Program-made: the position numbers and the translations under genes
Shown: in pieces, positions 19,332 to 28,703 of the stretch
Numbering within the stretch: position 1 is the stretch's first letter
How the letters are laid out: each line of letters begins with the position of its first letter
Assembly (NCBI GenBank): GCA_963774935.1
Contig: CAVZGO010000007.1
Location: 215,861-279,860, forward strand
Source: an uncultured Chloroflexia bacterium
Lineage (GTDB): Bacteria > Chloroflexota > Anaerolineae > Anaerolineales > UBA4823
Direction of reading: 5' to 3'
DNA: 64,000 nucleotides
The notes under the pieces: generated by a model
Seen by the model: only the letters and a program-made list of their open reading frames with translations
Database searches by the model: none
Told to the model about the DNA's origin: nothing

Positions 19332-20672
19332 CTACATGCCTCTCAACCTGGGATTGAAAATGCGATCCAATGCAAATCCTAACAAAGCAAAAGCCAGCCC
19401 GGTGAGCATCAACATTGCCGCTGGCTCCAATACCCAATAATAATAACCCATATACAGGGCGCCATTGGATTGGGCATCCTGGATCACCTTGCCCCAGGTC
19501 GGGAGCACCGGGTCGCCCAACCCCAGCACCGCCAGGGAGGCTTCCAGGAAGACATAGGTCGGAATAGCGAGCACCAGGCCCGGGATAATCAAGGGGATAA
19601 TGCGAGGGATCAGGTAACTGAAGACCAGCCGTGGCGAGCTGGCGCCATATGCCTTGGCGGCTTCGATGTAAGACGACTCCTTGATCTGCATGAAATTAGC
19701 CCGGTAGGTCTTGATCGCGGCACCGAAGATGCTCAACAGGATGGTAACGCTCAGGATCACCCAGATGCTGCGTGAATAGAAGGTACCCACCATGATCAAG
19801 ATCGGTAAGAAGGGCAAGACCAGATTTACCTCGGTAATGCGTTGTATCAGCTCGTCAAACCAGCCACCAAACCACACGCCCGTGGCGGCAATGATCATGG
19901 TTAAGATCGTTGTGCCCAGGGCAGCCAGCAAGCCAAACGCCAGCGCCACCGGCATGCCCCACTGCATTGCTACCATCAGGTCGCGGCGCAGATGATCGGT
20001 GCCAGCCAGACCATATACTTTCCCATATATTACGAATTCACCCTGCACGTCAGCGCCTTGCTCAAAGGTGTTCACTTCCATCGTCATGGTATAGGTGCCC
20101 TTTAAGGGTACCGGCGGATCCGACCCCGGCACCATCAGCAGACCGGTCACCGGTGGGACGCCGCCCAGGCGGCGCTGCAGCTTTACATCCTGGGCTACGC
20201 GATAAGTGGTATTCGCCGAAACAGAAAAATCAGACATCCGAATGTCGCGACCATCCGGTGTTTGCCAGGACAGGGAGACAAATGGCGGTTTTTCCTGGAA
20301 GCTTGGCTGCAAGAACAGGTTCATCTCAGTCGGGAAGCTGTCATAGTTAAAATCAAATGTGAACTGGTAAGTAATTGCCTCCCCGCTGTTGGTCTGCTCA
20401 ACCGTTCTGGGCATATCCTCATCGGTTGTGTTCATAATGACCGTATCAGGCAGCTTTTCGCGGCGGAAGATGTTTGTCCAGGACGGCGGGGCGTTCTTTG
20501 GCAGGTTGTACCAAACTGCCTCGCCACCGCGCCACAGGCGAATAGCTTCGGAATAGGGGATGGTGATCAAGGTGTAGATGGAAGCCAGGATCATTATCAG
20601 GATAATTACCAGACCTGCCACTGCCGATGGATAACGCACCAGCTCGGCAAGGTTTCTTTTCAAACCGCTCAT
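19332..20672 (-). CDS. ABC permease, OppC/DppC-like with a roughly 200-aa N-terminal extracytoplasmic domain
   Basis: 446 aa. TM1 is followed by a long soluble insert and then the BPD_transp_1 core. There is a 4-nt overlap with the upstream permease. Confidence 0.88.
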   Translation of the reverse strand: MSGLKRNLAELVRYPSAVAGLVIILIMILASIYTLITIPYSEAIRLWRGGEAVWYNLPKNAPPSWTNIFRREKLPDTVIMNTTDEDMPRTVEQTNSGEAITYQFTFDFNYDSFPTEMNLFLQPSFQEKPPFVSLSWQTPDGRDIRMSDFSVSANTTYRVAQDVKLQRRLGGVPPVTGLLMVPGSDPPVPLKGTYTMTMEVNTFEQGADVQGEFVIYGKVYGLAGTDHLRRDLMVAMQWGMPVALAFGLLAALGTTILTMIIAATGVWFGGWFDELIQRITEVNLVLPFLPILIMVGTFYSRSIWVILSVTILLSIFGAAIKTYRANFMQIKESSYIEAAKAYGASSPRLVFSYLIPRIIPLIIPGLVLAIPTYVFLEASLAVLGLGDPVLPTWGKVIQDAQSNGALYMGYYYWVLEPAAMLMLTGLAFALLGFALDRIFNPRLRGM

Positions 20673-21814
20673 GCCGGCCTCCCCCCTCCGCCTCCGATTT
20701 TGACGCGTGGATCGACGATAACATACACAAAATCCAGGATAAAGACGGTAACCGCCAGCAGGTAGGCATACACAACGGTCGAGGCGACGATCACCGGGGT
20801 GTCGAACAGGCCAATCGCCTGGTAGAGCGTCCGACCTAACCCTGGCCAGTTGAACACCGCCTCAAAGATTGGCGCCCCGGTCCACAGGGCGATCAACAGC
20901 AAGGCAAAGCTGGTGATGATCACCGGCAGGGTGGGGCGCAGAATATAGCGCCGCTCGAGCTCGCGCGAGCTCAGACCTTTTGCCTTAGCCATATCAACAT
21001 AATCTTCGCTGGAATAGATCAGGAAGAAAGTTCGCCAGTTATAAATGCTGATGAAGATCGAGCTGATCAGGATGGCTGACACGGGTAAGATCATGTGCTG
21101 GAGCAGACTGAGGATGTAATCAATCCGATTTTCGGGCGGCGGCGCAGACACCATCCCGCCGAAGGGCAGCACGCGCAGCAAGGCGCCAAAAATTAAGATC
21201 AGGAAGATGCCATAAAACCAATAAGGCGCAGCCGATATGGGCGCCATAGCGATCACCGCCTTATCTAACAACGAACCATAGCGGCGCGACAATCCCAGGG
21301 CAATAAAAACAGCGGAGAAAAATAAAATCAAATCCGCCGTGGCGAACAATACCAGTGTAGGTGGCAGGCGCTCCAGGATGATCAGGCGCACCTGGCGCGA
21401 GCCGCTGTCGCTGGACATGTTTTGCGAGCGACCCAGGTTCAAAGTGAGTGCACCGCTCAAATAGCGCACGCTGCGTATGAAGAAGGGTTGGTTCAAGCCC
21501 AGGCGCTCTTCTTCCAGGCGAATCATGCTATCAATTTGTGCATTGCGCGCTTCCAGCGACAGGTTTCTAAGCGCAGGATCAGATAAAACCCGCAGACCGA
21601 CTGCCTCACGGATTTCACCCTTGCGGATCTTGTCCACATAGCCGCCCATGTTGGCGATCAAAATGGTTAAGTAGACGCCAATCACCACGGTGATGAAAAG
21701 CATAACCAGGCGCACAACGGTATAGCGAGCAATGCGGGCGAATGAGCTTGCCGCGGCCTTGGCTTCTGCAGAAGCGCCTGCTTTTTCCGGAGCGAGGGTA
21801 GTTTCTGTGTTCAA
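20669..21814 (-). CDS. ABC permease, OppB/DppB-like
   Basis: 381 aa with a BPD_transp_1 core and operon position directly after the SBP gene. Confidence 0.88.
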   Translation of the reverse strand: MNTETTLAPEKAGASAEAKAAASSFARIARYTVVRLVMLFITVVIGVYLTILIANMGGYVDKIRKGEIREAVGLRVLSDPALRNLSLEARNAQIDSMIRLEEERLGLNQPFFIRSVRYLSGALTLNLGRSQNMSSDSGSRQVRLIILERLPPTLVLFATADLILFFSAVFIALGLSRRYGSLLDKAVIAMAPISAAPYWFYGIFLILIFGALLRVLPFGGMVSAPPPENRIDYILSLLQHMILPVSAILISSIFISIYNWRTFFLIYSSEDYVDMAKAKGLSSRELERRYILRPTLPVIITSFALLLIALWTGAPIFEAVFNWPGLGRTLYQAIGLFDTPVIVASTVVYAYLLAVTVFILDFVYVIVDPRVKIGGGGGRPA

Positions 21815-21845
21815 CCTCCACCTCCTACTGATAACCTATTTATCG

Positions 21846-21922
21846 TTATATGGGCGGCGCAAGCCGCCCATATAACAAACCAAATTATTTATTTGGAGCG
21901 AGAAGTGCTCCTCTCGCTCCAA
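21846..21922. promoter_or_regulatory. two tandem stem-loops between the SBP gene and the permease genes
   Basis: TTATATGGGCGGC-GCAA-GCCGCCCATATAA (21846-21875) and TTGGAGCGAGA-AGTGCTCC-TCTCGCTCCAA (21893-21922). Neither has a strong T-tract, so they are more likely attenuator or stabiliser hairpins. Confidence 0.55.
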
Positions 21923-21940
21923 TCACACATCTGTATCTTA

Positions 21941-24548
21941 TTACGGGACGATGAACTCCAGGCTGGCGAAGCCAGGCAGGCTGACCGGTTTGACAACCAC
22001 CGCCACTTCCAGCTTGTAACCACCGGAAGTGAACGCGCCGGTCACATCCGTGCCGAGGGTGACCTGGTACTGGCCATCCGCCACGGATGCTGCATCCCCC
22101 TGGGTAACCAGGTTGCCACTGGCATCGAAGACCAGGTATTTGACGCTGGCAACTTCATCGGCCGGGTAAGGCTCGTCCTTGAAGGTCACGAAGACATCGA
22201 AGACTGCTTCGCTGCCAGCATCAACCTGTCCTGGGCCATCCAGCTCGACCGTGGCAATCTTGGGCTCGCCAAAGTTGGACCATTTGTCAGCCTTGTCGGG
22301 GAAGTCGGCATTGCGCTGCAGGGTGACGGTCTGCTCGACGGGGAAGACCCGGTACAGGTAGAACGGACCGGTGCCCAGCCAGAAGTTGCCGCGCTCTTCG
22401 TACCATGTCGCCAGGTTGGCGTAGCGCGCCGCGGCTTCTTCAGCAGTGACGTACTCGCCCAGCGTGGGAGCATAGGGGATGTAGGGCTCGGTCAGGCTGG
22501 CATCCAGGTAGACCCTTGAGGATTTCCAGGCTTGGACCAGCGACGTAGCCCATCCACTCAACCTTGTTCGTATCCGCTTTGGCAGCCGAGAAAGCCAGCT
22601 TCTTATCAGCATCCGCCTGAACACCGAGAGCGTTGGTGTGCCAGGAGAGCGGACCGTAGGTATAGTTTGGCCACCAGGTTGTTGTATCGTTAACATTGTT
22701 CTCAGCGTCTAACGCAAACAGATCGTCATAAGTTTCGATGACCAGCGGGTCAGTTGAGACAACCTTGACGCCCTTGAAATGCGACATGAAAGCGTTCAAC
22801 GTTTCGCCCAGGGCTTCATCGTAAATCGCCGATTCCGGTTTACCAGGATCGAAGGTCATGATCATGCCGTTGACGAAGTCGCCCATGGTCAATGGGCTGC
22901 CATCGTGCCATTTAATGGTTTCGAACAGGTCTGCCGGGTAGGTCACGGTAACTTTTACATTTGAAGTCTGCGTGGTGGTGTAGGCTTCAGCCGCGGTGAT
23001 GAATTTCTGGTTGGTGGCATCCCAGTCAACCCAGGCATCACCGGGTACTTCGATGGACGGAGCAAACTGCAGGTCAACCCAATCCAGGGTCTTGCCGATC
23101 GGCAAGCCTTCCTTGGCAACCACCGAGGCGGATTCGATACGCTGCGGCAGGCGCAATCCGGTGAAGGGATCGATTTGGACGCCCCAGTCCATAGTGGCGC
23201 GGATCGGCATCATGTCGTAAATCCAGTTGGAACCACCAATCGGATTCCACGGATCCACCAGGATACCGGGCTGAGCCATGCGCATGACGCCGCCTTCCAG
23301 TCCTTTGAAGCGCACGGTCGCGGGCCACATGCGGGCGCCGGCGACGCCGCCGGACAGGTCAGCGGTCACCTCAACATCTGACGTCTGCGGGCTGAAAGCC
23401 AGACCGTCGTCGATCCAAACTCGCACCGAGCCGGAGCCTGAGTCTTCCAGGGAGAGTGCCATCGCCTTGGCAAACAGCTCATCGCGCTCTTCCAGGGTGG
23501 CGAAGTCGTTGTTGCGCAGCTTCAGCGCGATCTCGTCGAATTCGGGCGAGGGCGTGTAGGCCTGGAACAGCGGGATCGGGTAATCGTTGGCGGTGTTGTA
23601 GAAGCTGAAGTTACTGCCTTCGTCGCGGACGACCTCGGTGGTTATCCAGCCGCCGGTGTAGTAGCCGAACAGGCAGTCGGTTGGGTTGCCCTGCACCCAG
23701 ATCGGGGAGGCTTCGCTGCGGGTCTTGAACTGGCGGTCAACGGTGAAACCAACCGATTCGAGCTGCGTGGCAACGTAGTCGCCGATCAGCTTGCGATCGT
23801 CTTCGGTGCGGATCAAGCCCATGACAACCACCGGAGCGCCCTGATACTGCCACTTGCCATCTGCGCCGAGGGTGGCGCCCATGGCTTCCATCTCAGCGGC
23901 GATCTCAGCCTTAGCGGCTTCGGGGTTGTAGGCATACTTGCCTTCCAGCGCGCGCGCTGTGGCAATATACTTGGCATAATCCGCGAATGCGGTCACCATC
24001 GGGAAGAACTTGGGCACACCCAAGCCGCCCTGGATTTCCTGGTTGATGTAGTTGCGGTCATACAGCTTGTTGGTGGCTGTGCGGATCTTGGCATTCGAGA
24101 ACGGGTTCAGCTTGGTCGTGTCGGTGCAGACCGCCGGGTTGTAGCTGATTTCATCCGAGGAACCGTAAACGGTGCTGTAGACAAGGCCCGGATCAGCCTG
24201 GACAGTCTTGTACAGCTCAGCATCACCGACGGAGTAAGCATAGGCGTCCAGCTCGCCGGCCTGGAGTTGGCTGACGGCTGAGTTGGCATCATCGATGCTG
24301 GTGAAGACCACCTGGTCCACCCAGGCACCCGTGCGGGTCGACGGTACTGGGGTTGGGACGACTTCGACGATCTTCTCAACCTCAACGGTCGTGACGACCT
24401 CGACGGTCTCGACGATCGTGGTGGTCTCGCCTTCGACGATAACAGTCTCGACTACTGTTTCAGGTTCAGCAGTCGTCTGTGCGCATGCTGCGAGCACCAT
24501 GCTCAGGACGATCAGGATGCTCAGGACAGCAAACAATCTAGTTTTCAT
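21941..24548 (-). pseudogene. family-5 (peptide/oligosaccharide) ABC substrate-binding lipoprotein with C-terminal Ig-like extension, frame broken near 22513-22515
   Basis: Lipobox MVLAAC. The 702-aa ORF 22440..24548 reads ...VAGPSLEILKG and then nonsense. ORF 21941..22696 continues with VYLDASLTEPYIPYAPTLGEYVTAEEAAARY... Deleting one G of a GGG on the coding strand joins them as LEILKVYLDAS. Confidence 0.8.
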
Positions 24549-24729
24549 GTTCTCCTCCTAAAGAGATTTGGACAGAATTGGATATTGGGTTACATTGGAT
24601 ATTCCGATACATTTTGCTCATCATTCCTTTTGATCAACCACCTCCTTTCATGATCTCTTAAACCAAAAAAATTCTTCTTTCAAGACTCTTGTTTATTTCG
24701 ATATTAACTAAACCTGAGCATGTCGTTAA

Positions 24730-24757
24730 ATATTACCATAAAATGAACATCGGTCAA
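24730..24757 (-). promoter_or_regulatory. candidate sigma70-type promoter of the SBP/opp-like operon
   Basis: On the minus strand, TTGACC (24757-24752), a 16-nt spacer and TAATAT (24735-24730). This leaves a 5' UTR of about 175 nt before ATG 24548. Confidence 0.45.
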
Positions 24758-24794
24758 CCACCAGACCTGAAGTGGAGTTATGAGGCAAAAATCG

Positions 24795-26744
24795 TCATGA
24801 GTCACACTCCGCCTTTATTTTAATACTCTCAACCCCCCACAACATGTTCAATCCAGGTGAAACTGCTGCCAGACCACACAGGTCCGACCGGGCAGCCAGC
24901 CAGGCAGAACGAGAATAGATCGGCAATACGGGGATTTCTTCAGCGTATATCGCCTGTGCCTGGTAATGGGCGGCCATGTTTTCCGGGGTGCCCGGCAAGG
25001 ATCCTAACCCTGTCTGGCAGGCTAAATCATACTGCGGGTTGCTGTAACCGCTGAGGTTGGCGCCGCCCCAGCCTTTGGGATACTGAGTTGAGCTGGGTCC
25101 GGGGATTTCCTGACTGGTGTAGAGCCAGCACGGCGGTTGAGGCCAGGCTGCACCTGCTGAAGCCCAGGCAAACTGCACCAGCTCAAACTGCCGACCAAAC
25201 ACCACGCCATCTGGACCCGCAGCATACAGGCTTTCTGCGGGCATTCCCTGCGCCTGCACCTGGATGCCGCACTGCGCCAAACTCTCCTGGATGAGTTGGG
25301 CGCTTTGCGCCTGGGCAGGATCTTCGAAATGCAGCGTCAAGATAAGCGGCGTGCCATCAAATACTCCGCCGACTCCCACCGAGGTACGCGGCGTGGCAGG
25401 ATCACCATCCAGGTCCCTCCAGCCAGCAGATTCTAACAATGCCACCCCCGCGGCTGGATCGTAAGCATACTTTCGCGCGCTGGAATTGTACAAAGGATGG
25501 TCGGCAGGCAAGTAGCTATCCATCACAGTTTCTTCCCCGGACGCCTGCGCCAGCTTGATCCGATCCAGGCACAGCGCGACAGCCTGGCGGATTTCTTTGG
25601 ATTGAAGCAAAACTGGCTGATTGAGCTCCGGTTGAAACGGTGCGATCCCAAAATCCAGGTGTTCCCAGGCGACGCCCGTGACCTGCAACGCCTGCAGCTT
25701 GCCTGCTGTAGCCAGCTCCTTCAGTTGTGTAGGGTCGAGATCATAGGTGTCATCGAGCAGGTCGCATTCGCCCTGCTGCAGGGCTGCCAATGCCTGGTCG
25801 GCATCCGGGATAAAGCGGTAAACCAGGCGGTCAAATGCCGGCAAGCCTTCGTCCTGGCGGAAATACTGCGGGTTGGCAGTCAAAGTAATTCGATCTCCAG
25901 GCAGCCATTCCTGGACGACATACGCACCCCAGCCCAACGGCGCCTGGCTGGAGAGTGGATCGGTCATCAAAGCCGAAGCCTCCAGACTGCCCCAGGCATG
26001 GCGCGGCAGGGGTGAAAAGAAATACCTGAGATAGCTGGAATCCACCAGCCCCGGGATGCCGCGCCACTCAACGGTCTTATCATCGAGCACCTGGTAAGAA
26101 TGCGTTCGCTGCAGCAGATCTGCCATGGCTGGCAGATTGAGCTTGCGCGCTACTTCATAGGAGTACAGCGAATCACCGGCAGTCAGCGCCGTGCCATCCG
26201 ACCAGGTCAGCCCATCTTTTAAGGTGAACCGTACCACCATCTGGTCCAGGCTGGCTGCCTCTGTTCCCGAGTAAACCTGTGCGCAAGATGCGTCCCGGCA
26301 GCCAGCCGGGAAATAGGAGACGCCTTCTGCCAGGTTCTGCGTCGCACCGGTCATATCTGCAATCAGGGCATTCGCATCTGCTGCAACCGGGGCAAAAGAT
26401 ACAGCACCATTTTGTAAATCGGGGACTTTTTCGAGGATAGGCGCTTCCGCATCGTAACCATGATACTCTACCGGACCATCATATATTGCCTGGCGGATAT
26501 TGCGCGCCGCCAGCGAGTTGTCGCCATAAAGGAATAATGAGCGCGGCTCACCAGCCATACAGATGGTAAGCGTCTGCTCCGTCTGCACGGTTGGTGTAGC
26601 AGCAAGCATGCTTTCAGTAGCAGTCTCATCTACTGCCGATTCTGTTTCTTGTGTTTGTAATGAATTGCCCTGTGTATCGCAAGCACTTAGAACCAATAAA
26701 ATCAGAATCAATATAATCTTGTATCGGAAGGAATAAGTTGACAA
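24795..26744 (-). CDS. family-5 ABC substrate-binding lipoprotein (second SBP)
   Basis: 649 aa with a TTG start, lipobox LVLSAC and an SBP_bac_5-like pattern (LVYRFIPD..., ANPQYF). It lies upstream of the first SBP/opp-like genes. Confidence 0.85.
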   Translation of the reverse strand: MSTYSFRYKIILILILLVLSACDTQGNSLQTQETESAVDETATESMLAATPTVQTEQTLTICMAGEPRSLFLYGDNSLAARNIRQAIYDGPVEYHGYDAEAPILEKVPDLQNGAVSFAPVAADANALIADMTGATQNLAEGVSYFPAGCRDASCAQVYSGTEAASLDQMVVRFTLKDGLTWSDGTALTAGDSLYSYEVARKLNLPAMADLLQRTHSYQVLDDKTVEWRGIPGLVDSSYLRYFFSPLPRHAWGSLEASALMTDPLSSQAPLGWGAYVVQEWLPGDRITLTANPQYFRQDEGLPAFDRLVYRFIPDADQALAALQQGECDLLDDTYDLDPTQLKELATAGKLQALQVTGVAWEHLDFGIAPFQPELNQPVLLQSKEIRQAVALCLDRIKLAQASGEETVMDSYLPADHPLYNSSARKYAYDPAAGVALLESAGWRDLDGDPATPRTSVGVGGVFDGTPLILTLHFEDPAQAQSAQLIQESLAQCGIQVQAQGMPAESLYAAGPDGVVFGRQFELVQFAWASAGAAWPQPPCWLYTSQEIPGPSSTQYPKGWGGANLSGYSNPQYDLACQTGLGSLPGTPENMAAHYQAQAIYAEEIPVLPIYSRSAWLAARSDLCGLAAVSPGLNMLWGVESIKIKAECDS

Positions 26745-26787
26745 AAGACCATCCTATGGGGGTGGGGTCAGTTAGAAGTAGAGTTAG

Positions 26788-27036
26788 CTAGAGCGCCCGT
26801 AATATAGGAGTGGAAATGTGCATCACCCAGAAGGGATCAAAAGGAACTGGTAAAAGATTCTTCGGGTGAGGTCCGTCGTCCTGTAAGAATATCAGCTCTG
26901 CTTCTCGAGCAATACTATCACTAGAGGATTGAGCATTTGCAGAAGCAGCAAACAACAAGCGGCTGCGTGTCTTCACCGGTGGTTGCTGTTGAGCTGCCCA
27001 ATTCTTTAACGACCTCTGTAGATATTGATCCATCAC
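26788..27036 (-). CDS. hypothetical small protein downstream of the ECF sigma factor (possible anti-sigma-like partner)
   Basis: 82-aa ORF starting 20 nt after the sigma factor stop. It has no zf-HC2 motif and no TM segment, so its function is unsupported beyond gene context. Confidence 0.4.
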   Translation of the reverse strand: MMDQYLQRSLKNWAAQQQPPVKTRSRLLFAASANAQSSSDSIAREAELIFLQDDGPHPKNLLPVPFDPFWVMHISTPILRAL

Positions 27037-27055
27037 GCCTTGCCTCCGAGATAAA

Positions 27056-27643
27056 TTAAGAACGTTTGTAATTCAAATCCAACAGGCCGTCCCCATTCAT
27101 ACCCAACCTGCGCTTTAATGCCAGGCGCCCATAATGCAGGCGCGATTTTACCGTGCCAATCGGAACCTCTAAGATATCCGATATCTCCTGCAAAGAGAGA
27201 TCATTTAAGTAATACAGCACCACTACCATGCGCTGCTGCAGCGGTAAGCTCGAGACGGCTTTCTGTACCACCTGCCACTCATCTTTGCGCTCGACCTCGT
27301 CGTGCAAGGAGCCCCAACCACCGACCGAAATGCGCTCCACCAGGTCCTCAAGCGGGTGCAGCCAGCGCCGGCTGCGTTTGATCCAGGTATAGGATAAATT
27401 AGCCGTCATGCGGTAGAGCCAGGGCTCAAGTGGGCGTGTCGGATCAATATGCCCTGCAAATCGAAAAAGGCGCAGGAATACATCCTGGAGCAAATCTGCA
27501 GCGACGTCAGCATCACCGGTAATTGCCAGCGCGGTGCGATAGACCATCAACTGGTAATCATCGTACAGGGCTCCCAGCGCTTCTAAGCTGCCAGCCTGTA
27601 GCTGCAGGATCAATTCTTGATCAGAGAGATTTGCCATTGGCAC
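27056..27643 (-). CDS. RNA polymerase ECF-type sigma-70 family factor
   Basis: Region 2 (DLLQDVFLRLFR...PWLYRMTAN) and region 4 HTH (LSLQEISDILEVPIGTVKSRLHYGR). Confidence 0.9.
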   Translation of the reverse strand: MPMANLSDQELILQLQAGSLEALGALYDDYQLMVYRTALAITGDADVAADLLQDVFLRLFRFAGHIDPTRPLEPWLYRMTANLSYTWIKRSRRWLHPLEDLVERISVGGWGSLHDEVERKDEWQVVQKAVSSLPLQQRMVVVLYYLNDLSLQEISDILEVPIGTVKSRLHYGRLALKRRLGMNGDGLLDLNYKRS

Positions 27644-27752
27644 ACACTACCACTCAAATTATATACCTTCTCGAACTCCAGCAGGTTCAACAGGTTCAAT
27701 GTTCTTTCATCGCAATGATGTAGAAACTGACCAGTATGTGGGGGTATCCACT

Positions 27753-28700
27753 CTAAGCGGGAAGCTTTAACGAGCTGATAGCTTCGCCCAGATCAGCATT
27801 CTCACCAAAGCGCAGGCGCAGGTAGGATTGGTAGCGCCGGGCATCCACCTGTCCCAACTCTACTGCGGAACGAACCGCACAGCCAGGCTCGCGCAAATGC
27901 ATGCAGTCATTGAATGTACAACGTGAAACCAATGATTGAAGTTCCGGAAAATAGCCGTCAATTTCTTCGGGCTCGATATCCCAAAGCGCTAAAGCTTTAA
28001 GCCCAGGTGTGTCAGCTACATATCCACCCCCCTGCAGCGGGTAAAGCTCACGAACAACCGTGGTGTGGCGACCTTTGCTGGTTGCCTCGCTCACCTGGCG
28101 GGCTGCCAGTCCCAACCCAGGCTGCAGGCTGTTTAGCAGGCTCGATTTTCCTACACCCGAGGGGCCGGTAAACAGGCTGACCTTGCCTGCCAGATGGCTG
28201 CGCAGCTCCTTTAGCCCGCTTTGATTTTTCGCGGACGTGTACACAACCTTGTACCCTAACACCTCATATATTCCAAACAAATCCTGTGCATCCCCTTCAT
28301 CCACCAGGTCAGCTTTGTTGGCAACAATAAGCGCCGGCACATCATTCCGCTCAGCGATTACCAGGAAGCGGTCCAGCATTCCCAGGTGCGGCGCGGGATG
28401 CGCACAGGCAAAGACCAGTGCCACCTGGTCGGGATTGGCAATTAAAATCTGCTCGTAGGCAGCTTGAGGGTTAGGCGCCAGCCGGGAAAACATCCGCTTG
28501 CGTGGTTCAATATCTTCAATCACCCCGTTTTGCGCATCCAATTGAGTAAAATTCACCCAATCGCCTACCGCCACCATATCCCCCACCCGGCGACCCTGTT
28601 TAAGTCTGCCGCGTAGCTGGCATACCATCTTGCCCTGCTCGGTCTCGACGGTATAAAACCCGGATTGCGATCGAATAACTAAACCACGCAGCATAACCAT
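27753..28700 (-). CDS. rsgA: ribosome small-subunit-dependent GTPase A
   Basis: Circularly permuted GTPase motifs: VANKADL (G4) precedes GPSGVGKSSLLN (G1). There is an N-terminal OB fold and a C-terminal zinc knuckle CTFNDCMHLREPGCAV. Confidence 0.92.
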   Translation of the reverse strand: MVMLRGLVIRSQSGFYTVETEQGKMVCQLRGRLKQGRRVGDMVAVGDWVNFTQLDAQNGVIEDIEPRKRMFSRLAPNPQAAYEQILIANPDQVALVFACAHPAPHLGMLDRFLVIAERNDVPALIVANKADLVDEGDAQDLFGIYEVLGYKVVYTSAKNQSGLKELRSHLAGKVSLFTGPSGVGKSSLLNSLQPGLGLAARQVSEATSKGRHTTVVRELYPLQGGGYVADTPGLKALALWDIEPEEIDGYFPELQSLVSRCTFNDCMHLREPGCAVRSAVELGQVDARRYQSYLRLRFGENADLGEAISSLKLPA

Positions 28701-28703
28701 CTG

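Noticed and set aside
186-26015. Numerous 60-260-aa ORFs antisense to or nested inside long genes (for example 186..791, 2352..2921, 8402..9187, 15784..16260, 21893..22519, 25497..26015)
   Set aside because: These are typical GC-rich shadow ORFs with Arg/Ala/Pro/Gly-rich nonsense composition. They are fully contained in strongly supported genes on the other strand or in another frame.
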